A DNA stretch of 64,000 bases from an uncultured Pseudomonadota bacterium. Lineage in GTDB: Bacteria; Pseudomonadota; Alphaproteobacteria; Acetobacterales; Acetobacteraceae. Each line of letters starts with the position of its first letter. The first letter of the stretch is position 1. The notes under the pieces are model-generated. The model saw only the letters and a list, made by a program, of their open reading frames with translations. It was not told the DNA's origin and did no database searches. Below, one piece after another: positions 20,134 to 30,636 of this stretch. Made by a program: the position numbers and the translations under genes. The stretch lies in NCBI GenBank assembly GCA_963737355.1, contig CAVTSC010000002.1:227907-291906 (forward strand), written 5' to 3'.

Positions 20134-22572
20134 TTATAACCAGCCCTGCTCACCAAAGGCGGCAAGATCAACGCCGGGGGGAGCGTACCATCCTCCGGCG
20201 CCATATCGGGCGCCCAGCTTCTGCGCGAGTTCCTTGTTGCCATAGGGAATCCGCAGAGGCGTATTGGTCTGGGTATTCGGCTGCGCAGGCGTTGGCGGCG
20301 TCACTTCACCCGCGGGGGCCGATTTGGATTTCCGGGATCGCCTCACCCCGGCTGTCGTTTTCGCGGCTGGACCTCCCCGTAGCTTGGCTCCATTCTTGGG
20401 ACGGCCCTTGCTGGGCTTGGCGTTCTGATTCGCTTCAATCCATGACGACATGGCGGCCGAACTGACCTTCGCCTCGTCCGGTATGACGACGCCTTTTTCC
20501 TGAGCGATTTTCTCCGCGAATATCACCTGCGCTGGGCTCGCCGGTTTGGCGCCAGAGTGTCCCACGTGCTCATCGCCGACTTTCTTGGGCACGTACTCCT
20601 GGAGGAAGGCGCGGCAAACAGATCCGGATTTCGTATAGCCCGGTGGCGGCTTGATACCCTTCTGACGCCCGATGCTGTCAGCGAAACGTTTCATTGCGGC
20701 CGTCGGCGGACGATCGGCGGCGGCCACGCCTCCGCGCGACGCGAATAAGGGGGGCTCGCCGCTTGGCAAACCATCTTTCAACTTACCGATAATGCGTTGC
20801 GCGACCTCGCAAACGGCGTCGATTGCGCCAACCATCGGCTGTTTTCCAACGACGACATCGTCGAGCAGGCATTCCAGCTGTGCCGTCACACCCGGATCGA
20901 CCAATGCGGGATCGGCCTGTTTAAGCACGTCGAACAACCGAAGCCCGGTTGCGGTGGGAACAATATTTTTTCCGTCAGCAACCAGAAAGTCTTGTCGCTT
21001 CAGCCCACCAATGATCTCAGCTCGGGTCGCCGGCGTGCCGATCCCCTTCGCTTCCTTCAAGCGGTCGCGCAGCACCTCGTCGTCCACGAAACGCCAGGCG
21101 TTCTGCATGGCCTCGACCAGGGTGCCTTCGTTGTATCGCTGCGGCGGGCGGGTTTCTTTGTCTTCGATCGTGGGGCGTTCCAGTTGGGCGATCTCGCCGT
21201 CGCGCATGACCGGCAGCAAGTGGGCGTCATCGCCTTTTTCTTCGGCCGGCTTCCAGTCTGGGAATGCGGCACGCCAACCAAGGTCGATCGGCTGACGACC
21301 TGTGGCCTTAAAAGGGAAACCTTTTACATCGAGGCTCGCTGTTGTCTGCCGGTAGCGGAAATCAGGCATGACCGCCGCAAGATAGGCGCGTGCGATGACG
21401 TCGAATAGTTTCTTCTCATCGATCGACAGGCGCGGCCAAATAGCCCGGAGCTCATCGACCATGTTGACGTTTGGAATAACAGCATGGTGGCTGGCACCCT
21501 CGAGCCCTTTATCGTTGAAAGAACCACTGGCCCCTTTGCGAATAACAGGCGGTGTCGGGACGGGTATTGTGCTGAAAGACTGACCGACCTGAAGCCCGGC
21601 CACGATCTTCGGCACGTCCGCGATCAAATTCTCCGGTAGATAGCGGACCTCGGCACGGGGATAGGTAATGATCTTTTTGCCCTGTCCATCGTATAACTCC
21701 TGGGCAATTTCCAAGGTCTTTGCGGCTGGCCATCCAAAGCGTGACGCACAGAACTTCTGCAGTGACGGGAGATCATGCAGTTTGGGTGGTCCTTGCCGCT
21801 TGTCTTCAACGCGCACGCCAAGCGGCCCCTCAAAACCTTGAGCGGCGTTGGCGACCGCCTCGGCTATCTCGCGCCGCAGGATCCGCTGTTGCGGGGCATG
21901 GCGCATCTGGAATTCGCCGCCAGCCACATTCGCGGTCGCGACGACCTCAAAATATGTGACGGGGACGAAGTCGCGGATCTCTAACTCACGCGTACAAACA
22001 ATCGCCAAGGTCGGCGTCTTCACCCGACCAACGCCAATCACGCCACGCGCCCCCTGGCCCAGTAGGACCGTGGCCGTACGCGTGAGGGAGAGGTTATAGA
22101 TCTGGTCGGCCTGCTGGCGCGCGACAGCCGCGGCATAGAGGCGGCTATATTCGCCGTTGGGCTTGGCGCGGCCGAAGGCATCCCGGATCGTCTGAGAATC
22201 CTGCGCGGTAAAAAGCACGCGCATGACGTCGCCGCGGTATTTGTAATGCTCTAGAATTTCCTGACCGATGAGTTGCCCTTCGCGGTCGCAATCGGTGGCA
22301 AGCCAGACACGTTTGGCGCCCTGCAGCGCATCACGAATGGCTTTAAGCTTTGTGCCCTTATTGCCGCCTTGGGCAGGCCGCGTGCCGTACAACCCTTCAG
22401 GGCGCAGCAAAATCGCCGACCAACGTTTCCATTCCGGCACGACATCTTCTGGTTCGAGCAACTCAAATAGATGACCTTCGGCTGGAAGAATATCGCCGAA
22501 GCGAGAACCCACAGCGGCCCGGACGTCTTTCGCCTGGCTGGTTTTCTCGGTGATGACGATTTGATCAGCCAT
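20134..22572 (-). CDS. topB: Type IA DNA topoisomerase (TopB-like, plasmid type)
   Basis: Toprim ITEK...ATDCDREG, GRVKTPTL, ITYPR catalytic Tyr, GIGTPATRA. Confidence 0.92.
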   Translation of the reverse strand: MADQIVITEKTSQAKDVRAAVGSRFGDILPAEGHLFELLEPEDVVPEWKRWSAILLRPEGLYGTRPAQGGNKGTKLKAIRDALQGAKRVWLATDCDREGQLIGQEILEHYKYRGDVMRVLFTAQDSQTIRDAFGRAKPNGEYSRLYAAAVARQQADQIYNLSLTRTATVLLGQGARGVIGVGRVKTPTLAIVCTRELEIRDFVPVTYFEVVATANVAGGEFQMRHAPQQRILRREIAEAVANAAQGFEGPLGVRVEDKRQGPPKLHDLPSLQKFCASRFGWPAAKTLEIAQELYDGQGKKIITYPRAEVRYLPENLIADVPKIVAGLQVGQSFSTIPVPTPPVIRKGASGSFNDKGLEGASHHAVIPNVNMVDELRAIWPRLSIDEKKLFDVIARAYLAAVMPDFRYRQTTASLDVKGFPFKATGRQPIDLGWRAAFPDWKPAEEKGDDAHLLPVMRDGEIAQLERPTIEDKETRPPQRYNEGTLVEAMQNAWRFVDDEVLRDRLKEAKGIGTPATRAEIIGGLKRQDFLVADGKNIVPTATGLRLFDVLKQADPALVDPGVTAQLECLLDDVVVGKQPMVGAIDAVCEVAQRIIGKLKDGLPSGEPPLFASRGGVAAADRPPTAAMKRFADSIGRQKGIKPPPGYTKSGSVCRAFLQEYVPKKVGDEHVGHSGAKPASPAQVIFAEKIAQEKGVVIPDEAKVSSAAMSSWIEANQNAKPSKGRPKNGAKLRGGPAAKTTAGVRRSRKSKSAPAGEVTPPTPAQPNTQTNTPLRIPYGNKELAQKLGARYGAGGWYAPPGVDLAAFGEQGWL

Positions 22573-22614
22573 TGGTGCCTATGGAGAGCGGGTTGAGTCG
22601 GATCGTGGAGACGA

Positions 22615-22629
22615 GAACATATAATGAAC
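22615..22629. promoter_or_regulatory. LexA box upstream of topB
   Basis: Perfect GAAC-atataat-GAAC. Confidence 0.75.
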
Positions 22630-22878
22630 AAACGCGCTCATCAAGTGGGTTGCATTGGTGTGCACCACGCCGAAACCCGGCGCCTATGATGGATAAGCAA
22701 CTGATTTATGGAAAGAAACCGTCCGTTGGATAGGGGCCCGATCAGCGCCGATCAGGAACCTTAGCAATCTACAAATTCGCCAATTTTTTCAGACTTCTAT
22801 CACTATCGGTGCCCAGGGTTCCGTTCTGGTTCCGATTCATGACGATGCCGCCCGGCCAGCCGGCCTCGATCCGCAAAT

Positions 22879-23136
<258 letters not shown>

Positions 23137-23523
23137 TTAAGCGAAACGACCGACCAGCGGCAAATTGCTCTCGGCGATCGCGTCACGGAGCAACAGGTCC
23201 GACGATTTGTCGACCTCAGGATCAAAGCCTTCAGGAATATCGCCAAAATCATCGCTATCGCCCAGCAAAATGACGGTCGCATTGCCCTTTTCGATATGTG
23301 GCGCTGTCCTGAAAAGCCAAGAATATTTGTCGAAGTTGAACTTGGTCGCGTCATAAACGTCATACACATTGTGATGATGGCGCTCGCCATCAGGAACAGC
23401 CACGAACGCAATCAGATCCCCGGCACTGCACGAGTGCAGCGCCGTGCATGCTTCCTCTGGAGTCCCAGTAACGACCTTGCCATTCAAATCTTCCACGCCG
23501 CCGAGAACGAGATAATCCGGCAT
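23137..23523 (-). CDS. Small acidic hypothetical protein (128 aa)
   Basis: AGGGAGA RBS, Asp/Glu-rich, 15 bp upstream of the HTH gene. Confidence 0.75.
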   Translation of the reverse strand: MPDYLVLGGVEDLNGKVVTGTPEEACTALHSCSAGDLIAFVAVPDGERHHHNVYDVYDATKFNFDKYSWLFRTAPHIEKGNATVILLGDSDDFGDIPEGFDPEVDKSSDLLLRDAIAESNLPLVGRFA

Positions 23524-23558
23524 TTTCTACTCTCCCTGTATTTAAGGTTACGTAAGGC

Positions 23559-23588
23559 ATGATATAGGACCAAAGGTCCTATTCCCAA
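23559..23588 (-). promoter_or_regulatory. Sigma70-like promoter with a palindromic operator in the spacer
   Basis: TTGGGA-18 nt-TATCAT; perfect inverted repeat ATAGGACC-N3-GGTCCTAT at 23564-23582. Confidence 0.65.
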
Positions 23589-23769
23589 GGGGGGTTATAA
23601 AATATCGATCAGCCCTTGCACCTTTGCCTGCTCCAGCGACGCCCTTACGGACGGCACGCCCTATCTCCCCCTCTCGGCGGCTTATAGTGAAGACGTTTGA
23701 GTTCATCCCCCAATTGCACCAGCCCAATGTCAGGCCGTCCGGCATAGATCGCCGCAGCCGTGTGGCGCT

Positions 23770-23920
23770 TCGGTGTTCAATCCACCAGCTTCTGGTCTGC
23801 CAGGCTCTCCGACACGCATGCAAGGGAGGCGCACGAGCGGCTTGCCCGCGGCGAGACGCAGCGCAGCATTGCCCGCAGCGACACGTCAGCTAGGCAACGA
23901 TTTCGAGGCTGGCAGCATGA
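23770..23920 (+). pseudogene. Serine resolvase C-terminal HTH remnant
   Basis: REAHERLARGETQRSIARS followed by a shifted ATISRLA; no catalytic domain. Confidence 0.6.
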
Positions 23921-24021
23921 GCGGTGCGACCTTCCAATAGATGCAGCGCCTCCGCCAAGACCGTCGGATGTCTAAAATCGATCCCGTCGGTTGCACAGGC
24001 TGCACGAATTGACGGCTCATC

Positions 24022-25257
24022 TCACGGCCCCGGCAGATCGACGACAACCCGAGGCCGGCCACCCGCGGCGGGGCGGCCCAAGAGGCGGGCGAACAGACGC
24101 GACAGGGACCGCAGCATGCGTTCTAGCGCCTCGCTCATTTTCTCATGCAGTGCCGCGACCGCGGCGGGATCCGCCGGGTCGGACAGCCCGGCCAGGCGAT
24201 CGGCCGAGGCTTGCAGGTGATCCGTGATTTTGGTGAGGTCTGCGTCGGGACCGAGATCTCGTGCAGATGCTGCGGCATCGCTGATGTCCTTTTCGAGGCC
24301 GCTGGTCATCGCATCAATGGCTTTACGTCGGATGCCATTGACACGACCTTGGCTTTTGATCTCCGACAGATCAGGATCGCTAGCCACCTTTCCGCGGATC
24401 CAATCACGCAGCTCCCTTACTGCCGGCAAATGCGCGTCGATTGCTTTTGCCCAACCATGGACCTGACATCTCAGCTCGGCCGGAGACAGCCCAAGCTTTT
24501 TGGCGGTTTGGTCAATTTTACGGTCCGCGTCTTTACCGATCTCCGAACACTGAAAAGCTTCGGCGGACGCCTTCACCGATGCCGCCAGGCTGGCCGTTTG
24601 TCGGTCAACCGCAACCAGCCCCTTGCGGATGCGTCCGGCCGTGCTGACGACAGCACCCACCTGGGCCTTCTGGTCGTTCTCAAGCCGCTGCATATCAGCC
24701 TGCAGCCGATCGCCGTCACTGGCCTTCCGGTGCTTTGTCACGTCCAAGAGCTGCCGTACCAAGCCAGGTCGCCCACCGCCGCCTTGCGATTGCGCCGCGT
24801 ACACCTGTGCAATCCAGGCCGCGCGCTCCTGGTCCAAGCTGACGCGATGCCGATACGCGACGTCTTCCAGACCGCGCAAAAAATTCTGGAGCCCTTTCTC
24901 GACAGCCGCCAGCTCCAACTGGGCCAGCTGGGCCTCGGGGCCGTCCGGGTCTGCATCGATGATCGCTTGCAGGTGACGGCGCCGCTCCGCAGCCTCCGCC
25001 ATTACGGCATCGCGGCGACGTTGAATCGTCTGTGAGGCCAGGTCGATCTGGCTTCGGTGATGGTTATTGATCCGCAGGATCTGCGCATCGCGTCGAGCCT
25101 TTTCTGACGCTGCTTGTGCGACCGCGGCCGCTTGGGCCTCGGTGGTTCTAAGCACCGCGGGTGTAAAACCCGGCACACTGTGCGGCAGCGTTACGCACTT
25201 CCTATCGGCAGCAATTTGGTTTGCAAGATCTGCCGTGTTTTGCGATTTGTCGTCCAT
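24022..25257 (-). CDS. Hypothetical helical/coiled-coil protein (411 aa)
   Basis: Long ORF with AAGGAG RBS; Ala/Gln/Arg-rich; co-oriented with the element backbone. Confidence 0.65.
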   Translation of the reverse strand: MDDKSQNTADLANQIAADRKCVTLPHSVPGFTPAVLRTTEAQAAAVAQAASEKARRDAQILRINNHHRSQIDLASQTIQRRRDAVMAEAAERRRHLQAIIDADPDGPEAQLAQLELAAVEKGLQNFLRGLEDVAYRHRVSLDQERAAWIAQVYAAQSQGGGGRPGLVRQLLDVTKHRKASDGDRLQADMQRLENDQKAQVGAVVSTAGRIRKGLVAVDRQTASLAASVKASAEAFQCSEIGKDADRKIDQTAKKLGLSPAELRCQVHGWAKAIDAHLPAVRELRDWIRGKVASDPDLSEIKSQGRVNGIRRKAIDAMTSGLEKDISDAAASARDLGPDADLTKITDHLQASADRLAGLSDPADPAAVAALHEKMSEALERMLRSLSRLFARLLGRPAAGGRPRVVVDLPGP

Positions 25258-25557
25258 TATGATCCGGGCTCCTTGATGTTATGATAGTAAAACAATCCGC
25301 AAGCCACGAACCATATTTCACAGACAAAACCCGGACCTATATTGGGGTCGCTCTGGTGGATCACAATGCGCATGCTCGATACCGTCTCCATGAGCACGCA
25401 GTCGCAGATCGCAGGCAGCGATATATTGGGAAAGAAGCCGCCCAGTTTCATCGATTGCCAGGGGTTGCAATTGATCTGCCGCACCGGGTTCTGAATCATC
25501 TGTTCACCGGTGGCGTTGACGCGGTTCTGGCGCGATGTCAGGTGGAGCCGGTACGAC

Positions 25558-26097
25558 CTAATCTGTACCGGATCCGAGATGAAAATCTGCCCGCGAGGCA
25601 GCGGCCTTGCGGATAATCTTTGCCTGCTCCTCGAGGCTATCGAGCACGCCGGCATCGACGGCTTTGCGGGCCAGTGCCGCCAACTTCCCTGACAGCCAAT
25701 TTGGCACGGCGGTTTCGCCGTATGCCCAGCGTTGGACGGTGCGTCGCCCAACGCCCAATTCACGGGCGAGCGGTGAGATCCACTCGCTTCCGAAAAGGGC
25801 CCACGCGACAATCTCCAAGTCGTTACGGGGATCCCGTGCGGCCTCTTGCTCGGCCTTGTATTCCTCTTCAGTGCCGATCTTGCCCGACTTCAGATACCAA
25901 GGAGTCGACAACGCCTTCCTAAAATGTGCTTTCGTGCACTGCTTCGTATCGTAGTCGCTCTCATCGGCTTCGATGTAAGCGCGGGCGCATTTGTCTTGAG
26001 CATCCGCTATGGCTTCTGCTGGCGTAGTACCCACGCCGGCGATCAAAGACGGGTTTGCCTTCAAAACAGCGGCGTAAAATTCCTCGGAATTCGTCAT
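25558..26097 (-). CDS. Unknown N-terminal domain fused to an Xre-like HTH
   Basis: ALFGSEWISPLARELGVGRRTVQRWAYGETAVP; probable start MTNSEEF; upstream TTGAAA-17 nt-TATCGT promoter. Confidence 0.7.
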   Translation of the reverse strand: MTNSEEFYAAVLKANPSLIAGVGTTPAEAIADAQDKCARAYIEADESDYDTKQCTKAHFRKALSTPWYLKSGKIGTEEEYKAEQEAARDPRNDLEIVAWALFGSEWISPLARELGVGRRTVQRWAYGETAVPNWLSGKLAALARKAVDAGVLDSLEEQAKIIRKAAASRADFHLGSGTD

Positions 26098-26470
26098 ATC
26101 TGTTTTCTTTCGCTGGTGGCCGTCAGCTCCATGCCGAGCTCGCAATAAACGATAGCACGAAGGCAGTGTCATTTCAAAAAAAAATAACAATAACGTGTTG
26201 AATTATCACGGCATTTCGTGACGTCACGTTATTCTTAAAAGTCGACAAAAATGCAAGAATTGCCGCTGCAAAAGATGGCTGCGGACGCCGTCCGCAGCGA
26301 GCTCTACATGAAACGGCCTCGGAAAATCGTCGTCGACCGGCTGGGTGTCAGCATGGTCGCATTCATCCTCCGAGAAGAGGTGCCGCCGGCGCTGGTGCCG
26401 CAAAACATGGGATGCACATCGAATTGTGTGCTGCGCTGGAACAGATAGAGCGCTCAGCCAACGCTGGCAG

Positions 26471-27550
26471 TTATCGGGCGCCGGCGGCAGCCTCACGCTG
26501 CGTCCAATTTTTCAAATGATATTGCGGGCCACCCGTCGGCCCGGCGCGCATCCCCTGCGCGGACAATTGATTCAGCAGTTCAATCTCATTGGGATTTTTC
26601 AACAGGTTTTTAACCGTCTCCGCGATATCAGTGGTGTATTCATCGCGTGTCTGCTGCAGCTCGAGATCGCCCGCCTTTGGAATCAGGCCCGGGTTCCAGC
26701 CGCTCGCCAGCATCCTTTGGACAATCTTGTATATGAGCTGCACTTGTCCCAGATCTCCAAGTTTCGGATCATCCGCATGGGCGCGCCACGCCAGGCGGGC
26801 CTTGGCCAAAGTGCCGTCGACAACCTGCTGGCGCGGAGTAAATGCGCTAGTGCTATAATCGGCTTCTTCAGATTCTGGCGAGACATCCGGTCGTTCAGCA
26901 TGGATACACAGCGGCATGATGTAATGAACTCGCCGAAAAAACGCTGCCATCTGCTCCATTGATACCGCCGGCACCTCATCGGGCCGCACGCGCAACGGTG
27001 TCTTCTTTGGCCACATGAACTGCCGCCCGGTGACGTGGTGGTTACCAAAGAAGGAAAGCGCTTTCGCGCGGCTGAGGATGTCGATGCCATGGCCGCCTTC
27101 GACCGCGTGCACCGTGCGGTTCGGCAGCAACTCTCCCTGCGAGGCCGAGCGATAGAGCAACGCCATCTTCGGCGCCCGGCCGATGCGTTGCAGCGGGGTG
27201 TAGCCGAACACGTCCAACGCCAGATCGATGACCTGCTGTGCCAACGCCGAATCTGTGACGTCAATGTCGATCGTCACCGCCCGGCCCGAGCCGTTGCCCA
27301 TCATCGCCGCGACATTGAGATCGCCGCAGAAGCGGATCCATTGCTCGAGTTCACGCGGATAGGGCAAACGCTCCGCCAGGTTATTGTCCGAGAGCGGGCG
27401 GATCGCGCGGCCGCCGGCAATGCCGGGTCTGCGGTCCACGGTTTGCGGGAACACCGACCAGCCATTGTTGACCAGGATCTTAGCTGTATCGGCGAAAAAC
27501 GGCCGGGTTGGATCGATCGTATGTGACATGTGTTTTATCTCCTTCTTCAT
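26471..27550 (-). CDS. Prim-Pol (bifunctional primase/polymerase) domain protein
   Basis: NGWSVFP, NVAAMMG, VTIDIDV acidic motif, FGNHHVTGRQFMW. Confidence 0.85.
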   Translation of the reverse strand: MKKEIKHMSHTIDPTRPFFADTAKILVNNGWSVFPQTVDRRPGIAGGRAIRPLSDNNLAERLPYPRELEQWIRFCGDLNVAAMMGNGSGRAVTIDIDVTDSALAQQVIDLALDVFGYTPLQRIGRAPKMALLYRSASQGELLPNRTVHAVEGGHGIDILSRAKALSFFGNHHVTGRQFMWPKKTPLRVRPDEVPAVSMEQMAAFFRRVHYIMPLCIHAERPDVSPESEEADYSTSAFTPRQQVVDGTLAKARLAWRAHADDPKLGDLGQVQLIYKIVQRMLASGWNPGLIPKAGDLELQQTRDEYTTDIAETVKNLLKNPNEIELLNQLSAQGMRAGPTGGPQYHLKNWTQREAAAGAR

Positions 27551-27634
27551 ACGATAGATTACGCGTAGGCCAGGAACAAAGAAAAATCGTATTTGAGAAG
27601 ATGTCGGTCAAAACGGAACCATAATAATAGGAGG

Positions 27635-27798
27635 TCAATACATCTGTTGTGTATGAATGGTGGCGCCGCTGCTGCGCCACCAAGTCCGGGAAACACGATA
27701 TGCCATGTGAATCGGCACCTCATAGAATGAGATATCGATACATTGTTTGTGTACGAGTGGTGGCGTCGCCGCTGCGCCGCCAGGTATGGGAAACACGA
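27635..27798 (+). repeat. Two 64-bp direct repeats (100-bp period), each with a hairpin
   Basis: 27635-27698 and 27735-27798, 52/64 identical; stem TGGTGGCG/CGCCRCCA. Confidence 0.85.
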
Positions 27799-27904
27799 GG
27801 GCACCAAGCCGCTGATCTGAGTTATATATCGATCTGATTTGTATCAGACCAGTATGGCGATAGGACACTCAGCCGCCTTTCGCATCAAGCTCTTTGTAGA
27901 GCTC

Positions 27905-28024
27905 GTCGCGAGGCCCTTAGCCTCGCGACCACTAATGCAAGACGGTCGACCAGATGAAAGGTCCACAGGACCAAACTCAGGGGTACACCTTCCCTATAAA
28001 TATTATTAGGCTAGGTGTACCCCT
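27905..28024. repeat. Two inverted repeats downstream of the helicase gene (possible origin or terminator)
   Basis: GTCGCGAGGC-cctta-GCCTCGCGAC (27905-27929); AGGGGTACACCT...AGGTGTACCCCT (27979-28024) around an AT-rich core. Confidence 0.7.
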
Positions 28025-28034
28025 CCGCGTTCCG

Positions 28035-30497
28035 TTATTCGTTTGTCACCCGTTCAACCAATTGCGGCCGCGCCGCCTTGAGCTCGGCCCACCATGCGCC
28101 GACCAGGCGCGGGCTGACGCACACCGTGATGAGGCCGGCGCCCTTCATCGCATCCAGCTCAGCGATGATGCGCTTTTTCGACACCGCCTCGCCCCGCTCC
28201 CTAAGCCGGCTGACCGCCATGCTGAACCGCGCCTGCGCATCATCATGCTGTGTCTCCGGTCCAGTCTTCCAACCGAGCTCAGTACCGTCGCGATATTCAC
28301 TGATGCGAATCCCCCAAGCAGCCCAGTCAATCGGCAGCCCACCAAAATCGACGACGATGATTGGATCATCGGCGGAGGCCCAAACCGCGCGCGGTCGGCC
28401 GAGCCGCTGAACCGCTTTCCCTGTGTAGTTGTCAAGAACCCAGCGGCGGATTTCCGTGTTACACGGAAGTGGCGCCTGGCACTTGACCTCAAAGCCACTG
28501 CCTTCATCAATCCAAACGTCTTCTTCAGTATCTTCGTCATCAGCCCATTGCGGCCATTCCGTTTCGTCGATGCCGGCCAGAATCGCCGTCATGCGCGCTA
28601 CCGTATACGCCTTTCTTTGGTCTTTGGGATGGAGGATTGGCCCACCAAAAGCCGACATGTTAAAGCCTTCAAAATCGTTGCGGGCCTTATCATGAAATCC
28701 AAGATGCCCAACGAATTGATTCCGAGCCGCCAGTTCGGACAGCTGACAATCATTAGGGCGCTGTTTTTGCTCCTCATACAATGGTTTCAGCCAGTTCAAG
28801 TGTGTGATAACGACCGATGGACGGCCAGCGGGCAAAAGGTCCAGAGATTGAATCGCGCGTGTAATCCCCGTTTTCTCGTGGTCTTTCTGATCGTCGGATT
28901 TGCCTTTGCCTCGGCCATGGAGGCGATTCGGATATCGAAAGACCTTCACATTCTGCTTGACAAAAATCCGTTCGATCCTCCCCCCCTTGGCTTCAATGAT
29001 TTTTTGCACGACGATCGGCATAGTGGCGTCGAGAATAATCGCTGACCGTCCCCGAACGATATCTTCACCGGCACCAGTCAACGCAATGACATGCAGTTGG
29101 CCATCTTTGAAGTACCCCCCTTCATGTGCAAGGGTGCTGATAATTGCAGCAGTGGCGCGGCGCGGAAGCATATCGCCCTCAACATCCAGCCCGTTAAACC
29201 GAACTCGCTCCCACGTAGCAGTTGCGTTTGTCCACATTCCAACCGTGCGCCGTTTCAGGGTGTGCATTGTCTCGCGGAGTGACGCCGGAACCTGATGGAT
29301 CGTTGCGGCGTTGCCTTTTCCGGTCAGCGTCGTCAGTGTGTCCATCAACGTCTGGCACATGACAATACCCTCCTTGAGGCCGGCAATTTGCCTGGCAGCT
29401 TCCGTGGCCTTCTCGGGGGATTTAAAATCGATTGAGGACAGTCGCGCGATTTCCTCCTCGCAGTTCCCGCGCCATTGTAGCATCTCCTTATATTCAACAC
29501 TGACCTGATAGCCAAGCGGGACCTCTTCATCGATGATAACGAGCCGCTCGACACCAAAACGCTGACCAGGCGGATAATATGTCGCGATAAACTCAGAATA
29601 ACTCTGCCATGAGATCCCGACAACAAGCGCTGATCGTGCCGAAGCGTTATGAGATTGCCATTCGCACGGCTTGTAGTCGCTCATGCGCTTGTGGTTCTTT
29701 ACAAACCACTCGTGAGCTTCCTGCGCCATCTCGCCGCCCTGACGCGCTTTCCACGCCTGGCCATAGCCACATTTGTCTCTGCATAAATTCTGCGCGGCCC
29801 AGTGATTTTTTTCGGCCAGCGCAATGGTTTTTCCATACTCGTAGCATGTCCAAGGATCGACCCCATGTTCGCCCTCGGCACGGCGGCCGTGGTAATGGAA
29901 CATGCCGGTAGGTGTGCCATCCTTAAGTGTTTCGTAGGCTTTCAAAGCCTCATGATCATGGCAAACCAGCAAGATCGGTACGCCGCATTTCCCCGCCAAT
30001 CGGAGGATCTCTTTGGTCTGTTCACTTTTACCGGTGCCCGGCGTCGCCATGATGCCAAGCGGCGGGATGTGCGGAGGTGGCGGTAGGCGCGGGCCGTCCG
30101 GGCGTCCGTCTGCGCGGCGATTGTCGCGATCTGCATCCCGGTTCTCCAGGATCTGAAAGCGCTCCAAGACCGCATCTAGATAGTTTTTCATCACCTTCTT
30201 GATGCGCACCGATGCGATGTCGACCGGCATCATGTTGGGCAGAGGTTTCAGCTGACTGGTCCTGCGGAATGCGCGATTTCTGGGCGCTTCTGGGACGGGT
30301 GGGACCCGGCCGGCGAAACGGCTTTGATTGGGACGAGGCTCCGCCACTGTTGGGTCCGGCAGCGGCGCGCTAGTGTCGGTCTCATCCGGGGGGCAGTCTG
30401 AAGGCGGTTCTTCCTCCCGCACTGGCGCTGGTCGTCCGATAAAATGGGGGCTGATCTTGATCTCATCAGTCGGCGGAAGCTGGAAATTACAAGACAT
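28035..30497 (-). CDS. SF2 helicase-like replication protein (DinG/XPD-like layout)
   Basis: ATPGTGKS, a four-Cys segment, LVIIDEE, IILDAT, QRLGRPR; next to the Prim-Pol gene. Confidence 0.7.
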   Translation of the reverse strand: MSCNFQLPPTDEIKISPHFIGRPAPVREEEPPSDCPPDETDTSAPLPDPTVAEPRPNQSRFAGRVPPVPEAPRNRAFRRTSQLKPLPNMMPVDIASVRIKKVMKNYLDAVLERFQILENRDADRDNRRADGRPDGPRLPPPPHIPPLGIMATPGTGKSEQTKEILRLAGKCGVPILLVCHDHEALKAYETLKDGTPTGMFHYHGRRAEGEHGVDPWTCYEYGKTIALAEKNHWAAQNLCRDKCGYGQAWKARQGGEMAQEAHEWFVKNHKRMSDYKPCEWQSHNASARSALVVGISWQSYSEFIATYYPPGQRFGVERLVIIDEEVPLGYQVSVEYKEMLQWRGNCEEEIARLSSIDFKSPEKATEAARQIAGLKEGIVMCQTLMDTLTTLTGKGNAATIHQVPASLRETMHTLKRRTVGMWTNATATWERVRFNGLDVEGDMLPRRATAAIISTLAHEGGYFKDGQLHVIALTGAGEDIVRGRSAIILDATMPIVVQKIIEAKGGRIERIFVKQNVKVFRYPNRLHGRGKGKSDDQKDHEKTGITRAIQSLDLLPAGRPSVVITHLNWLKPLYEEQKQRPNDCQLSELAARNQFVGHLGFHDKARNDFEGFNMSAFGGPILHPKDQRKAYTVARMTAILAGIDETEWPQWADDEDTEEDVWIDEGSGFEVKCQAPLPCNTEIRRWVLDNYTGKAVQRLGRPRAVWASADDPIIVVDFGGLPIDWAAWGIRISEYRDGTELGWKTGPETQHDDAQARFSMAVSRLRERGEAVSKKRIIAELDAMKGAGLITVCVSPRLVGAWWAELKAARPQLVERVTNE

Positions 30498-30551
30498 GTT
30501 GCCGAGTTCCTGTCCGGAGCCCGACCGACGCGAAAACGCTTGAAAAATCAG

Positions 30552-30636
30552 TATAATTCAGCTACACACAGTTTGCACACAGTACGTAGCCTACCCAGTC
30601 CCGATTGCGTTTCCCCGCAGTCGGGACTTTTATTTT
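30552..30636 (+). ncRNA. Putative counter-transcribed RNA in the rep leader
   Basis: TATAAT at 30552; 13-bp stem 30597-30628 with a U-G pair that forms only on the + strand; followed by TTTATTTT. Confidence 0.35.

Noticed and set aside
27635-27798. CRISPR mini-array (repeat, 36-bp spacer, repeat)
   Set aside because: The repeats are 64 bp, only 81% identical and present twice, and there are no cas genes.
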